DNA of 64,000 nucleotides from Thermoanaerobaculia bacterium (lineage in GTDB: Bacteria > Acidobacteriota > Thermoanaerobaculia > Gp7-AA8). The translations under genes and the position numbers were made by a program. The notes beneath the pieces are model-generated. The model ran no database searches. It worked only from the letters and a program-made list of their open reading frames with translations, and was not told where the DNA came from. The stretch covers positions 4,916-68,915 of the forward strand of contig JAXDGL010000014.1 of NCBI GenBank assembly GCA_034665065.1, in the 5' to 3' direction. Shown here one piece after another: positions 9,257 through 18,505 of the stretch. The stretch's first letter is position 1; each line of letters opens with the position of its first letter.

Positions 9257-9267
9257 TTCCAATTCCG

Positions 9268-10350
9268 ATGTCCCAGTACGCGATCCCGCTCCTCCTCCTC
9301 TTCATCGCCAGCGCGCTGACCGCGTTCATCACGACCGGCGCCGTAAAGAAAATTGCGGAGGAAGTGGGCGCGATCGACCGGCCGAATGAGCGCAAGCTGC
9401 ACGCGATGGCCACGCCGCGAATGGGTGGTCTGGCCATCATCTTCGGTTTCGGCTTTCCGCTGATGCTTCTCGCTGCCAATGGCCACGCGGCGGAGCTGGT
9501 GTCGAAGAATCTGACCTACCTCTTCGCCGTCCTCGCCAGCGGCTCGTTGATCATTGGACTCGGCGTTTACGACGATCTTCTCGGCTCCGACGCTCCGAAA
9601 AAGTTCTTCGTTCAGACCGCTTCCGCCATCATTCTCGTCAGCTTCGGATTTCAGTTTTCATCGGTCTCCTTCGCCAGTTACAACATTCAACTTGGAGTTT
9701 TCGGACCGGTCATGTCGGTGATTTGGATCGTCGGCGTGATCAACGCCGTCAACTTCATCGACGGCATCGACTCACTGGCAACTTTGGTGGCCATCACGAT
9801 CGCGATCGCCTTCGCCGTCATCGCCGTCATCCGCGTCGACGTCTTCTCGATCGTCATCATGACGGCACTGGCGGGAGCGCTGATCGGCTTCTATCCCTGG
9901 AACCGGCCGCCTGCCAAAATCTTCATGGGCGACAGCGGCAGCCTTTTCATCGGACTTCTGCTGGCAGCCTGCTCGATCGCACGCCCCATCAAGTCACCCA
10001 CCGCTCTGATCGTGGGTGGTCCGATGCTCGCGCTGGCCCTCCCCGTTCTCGACACACTCATCGTCATGAAACAGCGCTTCGGCGTGAGGTCCAACTTTCT
10101 GGAGCGAATCACGCGGATGTTCAACGCCGACCGGCGCCACTTCCATCACGTTCTCGTTAAGAAGTATGGAAGCATCGGCATGGCGATCCTCTCCATCTGG
10201 ATCATCACGCTGCTCTTCGCTCTATCCGCAGTGCTAACAGTAATCGACGATTTGAAGATCGCCGGGTATTCCGTCGGCATTCTCGGATTTGTGGCGATGA
10301 TTTTTCTTCGCTATTGGTTCCGTCGCAATCCGATCGAGCGGCAGGTCTGA
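9268..10350 (+). CDS. Polyprenyl-phosphate N-acetylhexosamine-1-phosphate transferase (WecA/MraY family); initiating enzyme
   Basis: Polytopic protein with MraY/WecA signature loops (NAVNFIDGIDSLA, FMGDSGSLFIG, HFHH). Confidence 0.85.
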   Translation: MSQYAIPLLLLFIASALTAFITTGAVKKIAEEVGAIDRPNERKLHAMATPRMGGLAIIFGFGFPLMLLAANGHAAELVSKNLTYLFAVLASGSLIIGLGVYDDLLGSDAPKKFFVQTASAIILVSFGFQFSSVSFASYNIQLGVFGPVMSVIWIVGVINAVNFIDGIDSLATLVAITIAIAFAVIAVIRVDVFSIVIMTALAGALIGFYPWNRPPAKIFMGDSGSLFIGLLLAACSIARPIKSPTALIVGGPMLALALPVLDTLIVMKQRFGVRSNFLERITRMFNADRRHFHHVLVKKYGSIGMAILSIWIITLLFALSAVLTVIDDLKIAGYSVGILGFVAMIFLRYWFRRNPIERQV

Positions 10351-10354
10351 CGCC

Positions 10355-12115
10355 ATGTGCGGAATCGCCGCCATCTTCGCTTACGGAAGCAACGCAGCTC
10401 CCGCCGATGAGGGCGAGATCGGTGCCATTACGGAGCGGATGCGGCCTCGGGGTCCCGACGCCGGCGGCACCTGGATCTCGCCCGACCGACGCGTCGCACT
10501 CGGATCGCGCCGGCTGGCCATCATCGATCTGAGCGACGAGGGCACGCAGCCAATGACGGATGTTGACGGCGACCTGCGCATCGTCTTCAACGGCGAGATC
10601 TACAACCACCGTGAGTTGCGCGCACGTCTGGACCGCCTCGGCGCACGATTTCATTCGATGACCGATACCGAGGTTTTGCTGCAGTTGTACCGGCACGACG
10701 GCGCGGCGATGGTGGAGCTTCTGCGGGGCATGTTTGCATTCGCGATCTGGGATCCTCAGCGCCGCCGCATGTTCGTCGCGCGCGATCCTTACGGCATCAA
10801 GCCGCTGTACATCGCCGACGACGGCGCGACCCTTCGCGCGGCATCGACCATCAAGGCGTTGCTGGCAGGCGGACAGATCTCGCGCGCGAAGGACCCTGCC
10901 GGCGTGGCCGGATTCTGGTTGATGGGAACGGTGCCTGAGCCGTACACGATCTTCCGCGCCATTCGCGCCGTTGAAGCGGGCACGTCGTTTTTCGTCGGCG
11001 AGCAGGGCGTCCATGACGTGCGGCGTTACTACTCGATCGCCGCCACGCTCGGACGCGGAGTACGCGACGAGCCTGCGGCGCGTCTCGTCGATCCTCACGT
11101 GCTCGTGCGGGAACTGGTCACCGATTCTCTGCGCCATCACCTCATCGCCGACGTTCCTGTCGGCGCTTTTCTTTCCTCCGGCATCGACTCGACCGCGCTC
11201 GTCGCGTTGGCGACGGAAGCGGCAGGCCATCCGCCCAAGACGGTGACGCTGCGATTCGACGAGTTCCATGGCCGCAACGTCGACGAAGCGCCTCTGGCCG
11301 ACCGCTTCGCGCAAAGCATCGGCTCCGATCACATCACCCGCCTCGTGACGCGCGACGAGTTCATCACGGACTTGCCGCGCCTCTTCGATGCCATGGATCA
11401 ACCGACCATCGACGGCACCAACACCTGGTTCGTCAGCAAGGCAGCCGCGGAGCGCGGATTGAAAGTCGCCATCTCCGGCCTCGGCGGCGATGAGCTTTTC
11501 GGCAGCTATCCCTCGTTTCGCGACCTGCCGCGCATCGTCGCCGCTGCGCGCGTCCCGTTTGCTGCGTCCGCCGCGAACTACCTGACGCGCAACCCGAAAG
11601 CAAAAGCCGTCGCGCGCTACGGAAGCACCTGGGCCGGCGCCTATCTTCTCAAGCGCGGCCTCTACCTGCCTGAGGATCTGCCTTCGCTGATGGGGGCGGA
11701 AGACGCGGAAGAGGGATTGGAAAGCCTGTCGATCGTCGAGCACATCGCCGCCGCGATCGAGCCCGATCCTGGATCGGCGTTCGGCCGCGTCTCCGCACTC
11801 GAAGCATCGTTGTACATGCGCAACCAACTGCTTCGCGACACCGACTGGGCAAGCATGGCGCACTCGCTCGAAGTGCGGACCCCGCTCGTCGATGCCACGC
11901 TTCTCCGCCAGATTGCACCGTTGCTTCTCGTCGAAAAAGAACGTTGTAAGCAGCACTTCGCGAACAGCCCACGCAATCCGCTCCCGGATTGGCTCAGCAC
12001 ACGCGGCAAAACCGGCTTCACCGTTCCGCTCGCGGAATGGATGGATCTTTCCGCTGACGGCACAACGACGCGCATGCGAAGCTGGGCGCGCGTGGTCATG
12101 GAGCGCTGGTCGTGA
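10355..12115 (+). CDS. asnB: Asparagine synthetase B-type glutamine amidotransferase; in a glycan locus this is probably a sugar-acid amidotransferase
   Basis: N-terminal MCGIAAIF nucleophile Cys and the SGGIDSTALVALA PP-loop are present. Confidence 0.85.
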   Translation: MCGIAAIFAYGSNAAPADEGEIGAITERMRPRGPDAGGTWISPDRRVALGSRRLAIIDLSDEGTQPMTDVDGDLRIVFNGEIYNHRELRARLDRLGARFHSMTDTEVLLQLYRHDGAAMVELLRGMFAFAIWDPQRRRMFVARDPYGIKPLYIADDGATLRAASTIKALLAGGQISRAKDPAGVAGFWLMGTVPEPYTIFRAIRAVEAGTSFFVGEQGVHDVRRYYSIAATLGRGVRDEPAARLVDPHVLVRELVTDSLRHHLIADVPVGAFLSSGIDSTALVALATEAAGHPPKTVTLRFDEFHGRNVDEAPLADRFAQSIGSDHITRLVTRDEFITDLPRLFDAMDQPTIDGTNTWFVSKAAAERGLKVAISGLGGDELFGSYPSFRDLPRIVAAARVPFAASAANYLTRNPKAKAVARYGSTWAGAYLLKRGLYLPEDLPSLMGAEDAEEGLESLSIVEHIAAAIEPDPGSAFGRVSALEASLYMRNQLLRDTDWASMAHSLEVRTPLVDATLLRQIAPLLLVEKERCKQHFANSPRNPLPDWLSTRGKTGFTVPLAEWMDLSADGTTTRMRSWARVVMERWS

Positions 12116-13188
12116 GGATCCTCTACCTCGGTACCGACTCCTTTGGCGGCTACGGCGGGATTGCGCTTTTCAATCGTGAATTCATCAGCGCCCTGACGTC
12201 GCATCCAGCATGCGAGGAGGTTGTCGTACTTCCGCGGCTGATCCCCCGCCAGGTCGAGACCCTGCCGGACAAAGTGACCTTCCTGTCCGGCGCTGCAAAG
12301 GGAAAGATCGCCTACCTTCGTGCGCTCCGCACGGCGGTGCGCGGTGACTCATTCGATCTCGTCATTTGTGGTCACGTGAATCTTCTGCCCGTCGCGCGGC
12401 TCACCGGGCAGCGGCCACTCCTCATCACTCACGGCATCGATGCCTGGAAGCGGCTGCGCGATCCCCTCTCGAACCATCTCGTACATAAGATTCGCGGACT
12501 GGTTTCGGTCAGCGATCTGACGAGAGAGCGATTCATCGCCTGGTCCCATTTCACAGGCACGACCTTCGTATTGCCAAACGCCGTTCGCGTTGGGAACTAC
12601 GGCATTCGCCCGAAGCGTCAGGATCTCATCGATCGCTGGTCGCTGCAGAACAAGCGCGTGCTCCTCACGCTTGGCAGAATCGTCGGCACCGAGCGCTACA
12701 AAGGATTCGATGAAGTACTGGACGCGATGCCCGCCCTTCTTCCGAAGTTTCCCGACGTGGTCTACGTGATCGCAGGAAGCGGTAGTGACATCCCTCGTCT
12801 GAAAGCTCGCGCGGAAGACCTCGGCGTCGCCGATTCGGTTCGTTTTACCGGCTTTATCGCGGAAGATGAGAAACCCCATCTCTACAACCTGGCGGACGTC
12901 TATGTGATGCCGAGCCGCGGCGAGGGCTTTGGGTTCGTTTTTCTGGAGGCGATGGCGTGCGGCGTCCCTGTCATCGCCAGCAGTCTCGACGGCGGACGCG
13001 AGGCTCTCCGGAATGGCCTGTTGGGACAGCTGGTCGATCCTACCAATCCCGCGGAAATCCGCGTAGCGATCGGCGATGCGCTTCGCTCAGGCGGCACACG
13101 AGTGATTCCGGCCGGGCTCGAGTTCTTCAGTTATGAAAACTTTGAGCGCCGCACGTGCGCAATCATCGACGCTCTTGTGAAGGGATGA
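12112..13188 (+). CDS. Glycosyltransferase family 1 (GT4-type)
   Basis: E-x7-E motif (EGFGFVFLEAMACGVPVI). The start overlaps the asnB stop. Confidence 0.85.
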   Translation: MRILYLGTDSFGGYGGIALFNREFISALTSHPACEEVVVLPRLIPRQVETLPDKVTFLSGAAKGKIAYLRALRTAVRGDSFDLVICGHVNLLPVARLTGQRPLLITHGIDAWKRLRDPLSNHLVHKIRGLVSVSDLTRERFIAWSHFTGTTFVLPNAVRVGNYGIRPKRQDLIDRWSLQNKRVLLTLGRIVGTERYKGFDEVLDAMPALLPKFPDVVYVIAGSGSDIPRLKARAEDLGVADSVRFTGFIAEDEKPHLYNLADVYVMPSRGEGFGFVFLEAMACGVPVIASSLDGGREALRNGLLGQLVDPTNPAEIRVAIGDALRSGGTRVIPAGLEFFSYENFERRTCAIIDALVKG

Positions 13189-14159
13189 CCATGCCGTCTG
13201 TGAAAAAGGCCTTGATCTTCGGCGTCTCGGGCCAGGACGGCGCCTACCTGTCACAGCTTCTGCTGGATCGCGGATACGAAGTCCACGGCGTATCGCGCGA
13301 TGCAGAGTCGCAGTCCTTCCGCCGCCTCGCCGCTCTCGGCATCCGCGAACGCGTCATTACTCACTCCGCCGCCGCACGTGATTTCCGCGAGCTGCTGCAG
13401 TTGATCGACGGCATCCGTCCCGATGAGATTTACAACCTCGCCGGCCAGAGCTCTGTCGCGCTGTCGTTCTCACAGCCCGTCGAGACGATGGACAGCATCG
13501 CCCAGGCCACGCTCGTCATGCTCGAAGTCATCCGCTACCTCAAGCTTCCCGTGCGTCTCTACAACTCCGCGTCGAGCGAATGCTTCGGCGAGACGCCGCC
13601 CGGCCACGCCAGCGACGAAGCCACTCCTTTTTTTCCGCGCAGTCCGTACGCGATGGCAAAGGCCGCCGCGCATTGGACGACGGTTAATTACCGGGAGGCC
13701 TATGGTATTTACGCCTGCTCGGGAATTCTGTTCAATCACGAGTCGCCATTGCGGTCCGAGCGCTTTGTGACGAGAAAGATCTTCACTGCCGCGGCCGCGA
13801 TCGCCGCGGGCTCCGATCGCCGATTGAAACTCGGCCGCCTCGATGTGTGGCGCGATTGGGGCTATGCCGCTGAATATGTAGAAGCAATGTGGCGGATGCT
13901 GCAACTCGACGAGCCGCAAGACTTCGTCATCGCCACTGGCGAGAGTCACTCACTGGAAGAGTTAACTGCCGCCGCCTTCGCGCAGTTCGGCCTCGACTGG
14001 CGCGACCATGCCGACATCGACCCCAGACTCTTCCGCGCCTCTGAGATCACTTGCAGCCGCGGCAATCCCGACAAAGCGCGGCGCATACTCGGGTGGGAGG
14101 CGAAGACGAAGTTTGTAAGTCTCGTGAAACTGCTCGCCGATGCGGAACGAGCCGTTTAG
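13185..14159 (+). CDS. gmd: GDP-mannose 4,6-dehydratase
   Basis: N-terminus KKALIFGVSGQDGAYLSQLLLDRGYEVHG and a catalytic YAMAK(A) motif. The ATG at codon 11 of track ORF 13155 overlaps the upstream stop in an ATGA arrangement. Confidence 0.85.
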   Translation: MTMPSVKKALIFGVSGQDGAYLSQLLLDRGYEVHGVSRDAESQSFRRLAALGIRERVITHSAAARDFRELLQLIDGIRPDEIYNLAGQSSVALSFSQPVETMDSIAQATLVMLEVIRYLKLPVRLYNSASSECFGETPPGHASDEATPFFPRSPYAMAKAAAHWTTVNYREAYGIYACSGILFNHESPLRSERFVTRKIFTAAAAIAAGSDRRLKLGRLDVWRDWGYAAEYVEAMWRMLQLDEPQDFVIATGESHSLEELTAAAFAQFGLDWRDHADIDPRLFRASEITCSRGNPDKARRILGWEAKTKFVSLVKLLADAERAV

Positions 14160-14187
14160 AGGGTCACCGGCGAGACATTGTCTTCGA

Positions 14188-14236
14188 GACGCGGCAAAAC
14201 ACTCCTACTCCGTGTCTCCGCGTCTCCGCGTGATCG
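14188..14236 (+). other. Hairpin (GAGACGCGG ... CCGCGTCTC) between gmd and wzm; possible attenuator or weak terminator
   Basis: 9-bp perfect stem with a loop of about 27 nt and no downstream T-tract. An 8-nt tandem GTCTCCGC x2 is also present. Confidence 0.2.
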
Positions 14237-14281
14237 TTCCTCCGCCTCGCAAGGAAAGGGCACGATAAACTACCCGCCGCC

Positions 14282-15097
14282 TTGCACACGATCATCAAAC
14301 CGCGCCGCGGACTGGCACAGCTCGACCTTGCCGAGGTTTGGCAATACCGCGAGCTGCTCGGATTCCTGGCCTGGCGCGACATCGTCATCCGCTACAAGCA
14401 GACCACGATCGGCGTACTGTGGGCGTTTCTCCGGCCGTTCCTGACGATGGTGATCTTTACGGTCATCTTCGGGCGCATCGCCAAGCTGCCGTCGGAGGGC
14501 GTGCCGTACGCGGTGTTCAGCTTCACCGCGCTGCTTCCGTGGCAGTTTTTCTCGACGGCGTTCGCCGAGGCGGCGAATTCGATCGTGGGGAACGGACACA
14601 TGATCTCGAAGATCTACTTCCCGCGGCTCATCCTGCCGATGTCGTCGGTCGCTGTCGGCATCATCGACTTTCTCATCTCGTTCGTGATCCTGATTTTCAT
14701 CATGATCGGATACCACACGCCGGTCTCCGCACGCGTCGCGGCGCTGCCGCTCTTCTTCGCGCTCTGCGTCGTCTTCACGATGGGGCTCGGCATCGTCTTC
14801 GCGTCGCTCTACGTGCGGTTTCGCGACATGAGACATCTCATCCCCTTCCTCACGCAGTTCGGCATGTACGTGTCGCCGGTCATCTTCAGCAGCTCGAAGA
14901 TTCCGGGGAAGTGGCGCCTCCTCTATTCACTCAATCCAATGGTTGCTGTGATCGACGGCTTCCGCTGGTCTCTCCTCGGCACGAGCGAGTTGTACGTTCC
15001 GGGCATCGTGATGGGAACCGCAGTGTCGATCGTTCTGCTCGTCGCTGGCCTCTTCTATTTTAAGAAGACCGAGCGCGTGTTTGCGGACGTGATGTGA
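14282..15097 (+). CDS. wzm: ABC-2 type polysaccharide exporter permease (Wzm/KpsM/TagG family)
   Basis: About six TM helices and typical Wzm N-terminal sequence. TTG start. Confidence 0.85.
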   Translation: MHTIIKPRRGLAQLDLAEVWQYRELLGFLAWRDIVIRYKQTTIGVLWAFLRPFLTMVIFTVIFGRIAKLPSEGVPYAVFSFTALLPWQFFSTAFAEAANSIVGNGHMISKIYFPRLILPMSSVAVGIIDFLISFVILIFIMIGYHTPVSARVAALPLFFALCVVFTMGLGIVFASLYVRFRDMRHLIPFLTQFGMYVSPVIFSSSKIPGKWRLLYSLNPMVAVIDGFRWSLLGTSELYVPGIVMGTAVSIVLLVAGLFYFKKTERVFADVM

Positions 15098-16323
15098 TGA
15101 CGGACGCGATCGCTGCGCAGGGAGTGAGCAAGATGTATCGCCTCGGCGAGCATGCCGCGGCGTACAACCTGCTGCGCGAGCGGATCGCAGAAGCGATCAA
15201 ATCCCGATTCGGCAACGCCGAGGCAAAGCCGGAAGCGGAAGAGTTCTGGGCGTTGCGCGACGTCTCGTTCACGATCGGAAACGCCGAGGTGGTGGGTCTC
15301 ATCGGAAAAAACGGAGCGGGAAAATCGACGCTGCTGAAGATTCTCAGCCGCATCACCGAGCCGGCGGAGGGACGCATCGATCTCTACGGACGCGTTTCCA
15401 GTCTGCTCGAAGTCGGAATTGGTTTTCATCCCGAACTGAGTGGCCGCGACAACATCTATCTCAACGGCGCCATCCTCGGCATGTCGCGGCAGGAGATCCG
15501 CCGCAAGTTCGACGAGATCGCCGAGTTCGCGGAGATCTCAAAGTTTCTCGATACGCCGGTGAAGCGCTACTCGTCAGGAATGTACGTGCGGCTGGCATTC
15601 GCCGTCGCGGCGCACCTGGAGCCTGACATCCTCATCGTCGATGAAGTGCTCGCCGTCGGCGATTCCGCGTTTCAACAGAAGTGTCTCGGCAAGATGCGCG
15701 ACATCCGGTCGCGAGGACGATCGGTGATCGCGGTGAGCCACAACATGGCCACGATCGCGAACATCTGCGAGCGCGTGATCTGGCTGGAAGCAGGGCGCGT
15801 GAAGATGATCGGCCCGACGCAGGAGGTCGTGCATCAGTATCTATCCGAAGGAGTGGAGCAGGAGCTGAGTTGGGTTCCGCGACATCCCTCGAAGAGAGAA
15901 TTCGAGTACCACAGTGTCTCCGTTCTGCGCGGCGACACGCACGAGCCGTCGGATGCCATTCCTGGCGATGCACCGATCGATGTCGTCATGGACTTCTCGA
16001 TCGTCAGTCCGTTGTCGGATGGCCGCGTCGAGTTGCAGCTCGCAGACGAATACGGCGACCTGCTTTTCATCACCACCAGCGCGGATGCCGATCGGCAGAT
16101 GCATCACGCCTGGACGATCGGACGGCACACATTCACCTGCCACATTCCTCCGAATCTGCTGGCGCCAGGGCCTTATCGCATCTCGGTTTCGCATCCCTTT
16201 GGCGGCTACTCAACGATGCACGAGAACATCCTCTCGTTCCAGGTAACGGAGCAGAACAGTGTCGCCGCGATCGATGGGCGCGCGGGGAAAATCGCGCCGC
16301 GGCTGGATTGGTCGCGCGATTGA
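15094..16323 (+). CDS. wzt: ABC polysaccharide exporter ATPase (Wzt/TagH) with a C-terminal extension of about 150 aa, probably a glycan-terminus-binding module
   Basis: Walker A (GKNGAGKST), signature (YSSGM) and Walker B (ILIVDE) motifs, followed by an extra C-terminal domain. 4-nt overlap with wzm. Confidence 0.85.
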   Translation: MMTDAIAAQGVSKMYRLGEHAAAYNLLRERIAEAIKSRFGNAEAKPEAEEFWALRDVSFTIGNAEVVGLIGKNGAGKSTLLKILSRITEPAEGRIDLYGRVSSLLEVGIGFHPELSGRDNIYLNGAILGMSRQEIRRKFDEIAEFAEISKFLDTPVKRYSSGMYVRLAFAVAAHLEPDILIVDEVLAVGDSAFQQKCLGKMRDIRSRGRSVIAVSHNMATIANICERVIWLEAGRVKMIGPTQEVVHQYLSEGVEQELSWVPRHPSKREFEYHSVSVLRGDTHEPSDAIPGDAPIDVVMDFSIVSPLSDGRVELQLADEYGDLLFITTSADADRQMHHAWTIGRHTFTCHIPPNLLAPGPYRISVSHPFGGYSTMHENILSFQVTEQNSVAAIDGRAGKIAPRLDWSRD

Positions 16324-16340
16324 ACCCGACGCGCCGGCTG

Positions 16341-17594
16341 ATGTTCGTCACGCAAACCCATACCGTATGGGGCGGGATCGAATGGTGGGTTCATCATCTC
16401 TCGCAGCGTCTGATCGAGCGCGGATGGGAAGTGTTCGCAGGACTGGCGCAAGGTGCTCGATTCAGCAATCCGCGGCCGTATGCGGCCGCGCATTCTCACC
16501 TCCGGCCAGTGATCATGGATGGACGCGCCGGCACCGAATCGGCGCGCCTCGCTGCGGTCCTGAGCGCTTTGCGGCGCGTCAAACCCGACGTCGTCATCCC
16601 CGTTGCGATCGGGGCCACTTTTGACGCGATGCGCAGCTTCGACGCCACATTCATCGTTCCCGTGCTGTCGCTCCATGAGGGAACCCTGGCGGATGTTGTC
16701 GAATATCAGGAGGAGATCGATCTGGCGGTTCCGAACTCGCGATTGCTGGAGCGCTTTCTCCGACGCCAGCTCGACCCGGCACGCGTGCGCTACATTCGTC
16801 AGGGAACGCCGCTCGCGACGACAACCCGCTCGCAGCGCACTCCGCGCCTGCGCGCGGCGGTCGTCTGCCGGCTGGAAGAATCGACGAAGCGCGTGCTCGA
16901 TCTGCCGCGGCTGGCAGAGCATATCGGCGACAACATCGAGCTCCACGTTTTCGGCGACGGTCCGGATCGGGAAGCACTGGAGAAGGCATTAAACAATCGT
17001 GCGATCATGCATGGCTATCGTTCAACCGAGGAACTTTATCGGGAGGCCTATCCCAACCTCGATGTGCTGCTGCACTTTTCGCCGGCCGAGGGAAGTCCCA
17101 ACGTCATCTATGAAGCGATGCAGAATGGAGTCGTGCCAGTCTCCTCGCGATTCATGGGATTGGCTTCAGAGGAAATCCTGCGCGACGGTGAGAATGCGCT
17201 GCTGTTTGACATCGGTGACACCGCCGCCGCCGCGCGCCATCTAAGCACACTGGCGAACGACCGCGATGCGTTGGAGCGATTGAGCGACGCGGCGCGGAAC
17301 GCGAACGCCTCCTTCACGGACGACGATATGTACGATGCCTGGATTGACGCGATCGAGACGACGCCTCACCGTCCTCGGGCATTGCAGCCGGAGGTATTGC
17401 CGCACGCGGGCCGGCTCGATCGAATTGTGCCGCGGTCCGCAGCCAATTTCCTTCGCCGTGTGGCCGGGAGATCATTCCCTCACGCAACGGGTTGGGAAGA
17501 GTGGCCGGGCTCTCAGCAGAACAATGAAGCAATCACCGCGCGCGTGTCCGGTTTGCTGGCGGAGATCGAGAGGAGCGCGAAGCATGATCGATGA
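16341..17594 (+). CDS. Glycosyltransferase family 1-like
   Basis: C-terminal GT4 signature (AEGSPNVIYEAMQNGVVPV). The upstream part of track ORF 15681 overlaps wzt and is not coding. Start taken at MFVTQTH; a TTGA-overlapping TTG 21 nt upstream is an alternative. Confidence 0.7.
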   Translation: MFVTQTHTVWGGIEWWVHHLSQRLIERGWEVFAGLAQGARFSNPRPYAAAHSHLRPVIMDGRAGTESARLAAVLSALRRVKPDVVIPVAIGATFDAMRSFDATFIVPVLSLHEGTLADVVEYQEEIDLAVPNSRLLERFLRRQLDPARVRYIRQGTPLATTTRSQRTPRLRAAVVCRLEESTKRVLDLPRLAEHIGDNIELHVFGDGPDREALEKALNNRAIMHGYRSTEELYREAYPNLDVLLHFSPAEGSPNVIYEAMQNGVVPVSSRFMGLASEEILRDGENALLFDIGDTAAAARHLSTLANDRDALERLSDAARNANASFTDDDMYDAWIDAIETTPHRPRALQPEVLPHAGRLDRIVPRSAANFLRRVAGRSFPHATGWEEWPGSQQNNEAITARVSGLLAEIERSAKHDR

Positions 17595-18492
17595 GAAGCA
17601 CCAGGGTCAGTACCTCTACGTCGACGAACAGCTCCACATTCTGCACGGCGAGAAAGCGGCCGAGGCGTTGCGCGGTCAGTCCGATGCTGCCTGGCTCGAT
17701 CCACGCGATGGCGTCGTCCGAGTCCCGAAACAGCGTTGGCAGCAAGCGCAACGCTACGAACGAGACACGTGGATGGTTGCGAATGTAGACGCCACCGACG
17801 ACCGCAACCTGGCGCACAGCCACGGGTTCGGCGGCTACGCGGCTCTTCAAGCGAGATCATTCCAGCATGCCATCGAGCTGGGGTGCGGGCCGTTCACGAA
17901 TCTTCGGTTGATCGGTCAGCATTGCACGATCGCGCGATGTTCGCTTCTCGACCCGTTGATCGAGGAGTATCTGAAACATCCCCATTGCACCTACAACCGA
18001 AACGCGCTGCGCGTATCGGAGAGGCCGCTCAGCCGGACGCTTGGGCGTACGCTGCCCGGACGCGCGCTCCGGCGCGCTCTTCGGGTAATCGCTCCAGGCA
18101 CTCTCATGGAACACATCCCTGTCGCGGAGCTCTTGGCCCTCCCGATCGAAGAGATGCCGGCACGATCCACCTACGATCTCGTGGTAATGCTGAACGTTCT
18201 CGAGCACTGCTACGACGCCACGGTGATTTTCGACAAAATCCTCTCCGTCCTGAATCCGGGAGGCCTTTTCGTTTTTCACGACAAGCTCTTCACCGCCGCC
18301 GAGGCCGAAGAGGATGTCCGCACACGCTTCGATGCCGGGCATCCCCTGCGTGTGGGGAGGACCGTCATCGATTCCTTTCTGGAGACAAACTTCGCCCCGC
18401 TCTTCGCGGAGCACGGCATCGTCGAGGATGGACACGACGACCATGACCTGAGCCGCGACGGGATCTACTTCATCGGCACGCGCAAGGGATGA
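17584..18492 (+). CDS. Class I SAM-dependent methyltransferase
   Basis: Motif I (IELGCGPF) and motif post-II (LNPGGLFVFHD). The start overlaps the upstream gene by 11 nt. Confidence 0.7.
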   Translation: MIDEKHQGQYLYVDEQLHILHGEKAAEALRGQSDAAWLDPRDGVVRVPKQRWQQAQRYERDTWMVANVDATDDRNLAHSHGFGGYAALQARSFQHAIELGCGPFTNLRLIGQHCTIARCSLLDPLIEEYLKHPHCTYNRNALRVSERPLSRTLGRTLPGRALRRALRVIAPGTLMEHIPVAELLALPIEEMPARSTYDLVVMLNVLEHCYDATVIFDKILSVLNPGGLFVFHDKLFTAAEAEEDVRTRFDAGHPLRVGRTVIDSFLETNFAPLFAEHGIVEDGHDDHDLSRDGIYFIGTRKG

Positions 18493-18505
18493 CAGAATAC
18501 CGTCC

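Noticed and set aside
10205-11956. 583-aa minus-strand ORF antisense to asnB
   Set aside because: Arg-rich antisense artifact. The asnB frame has canonical motifs.
15681-16340. Upstream 220 codons of track ORF 15681..17594 overlapping wzt
   Set aside because: Out-of-frame overlap with the well-supported wzt gene, and Arg/Ala-rich composition. The real gene starts at 16341.
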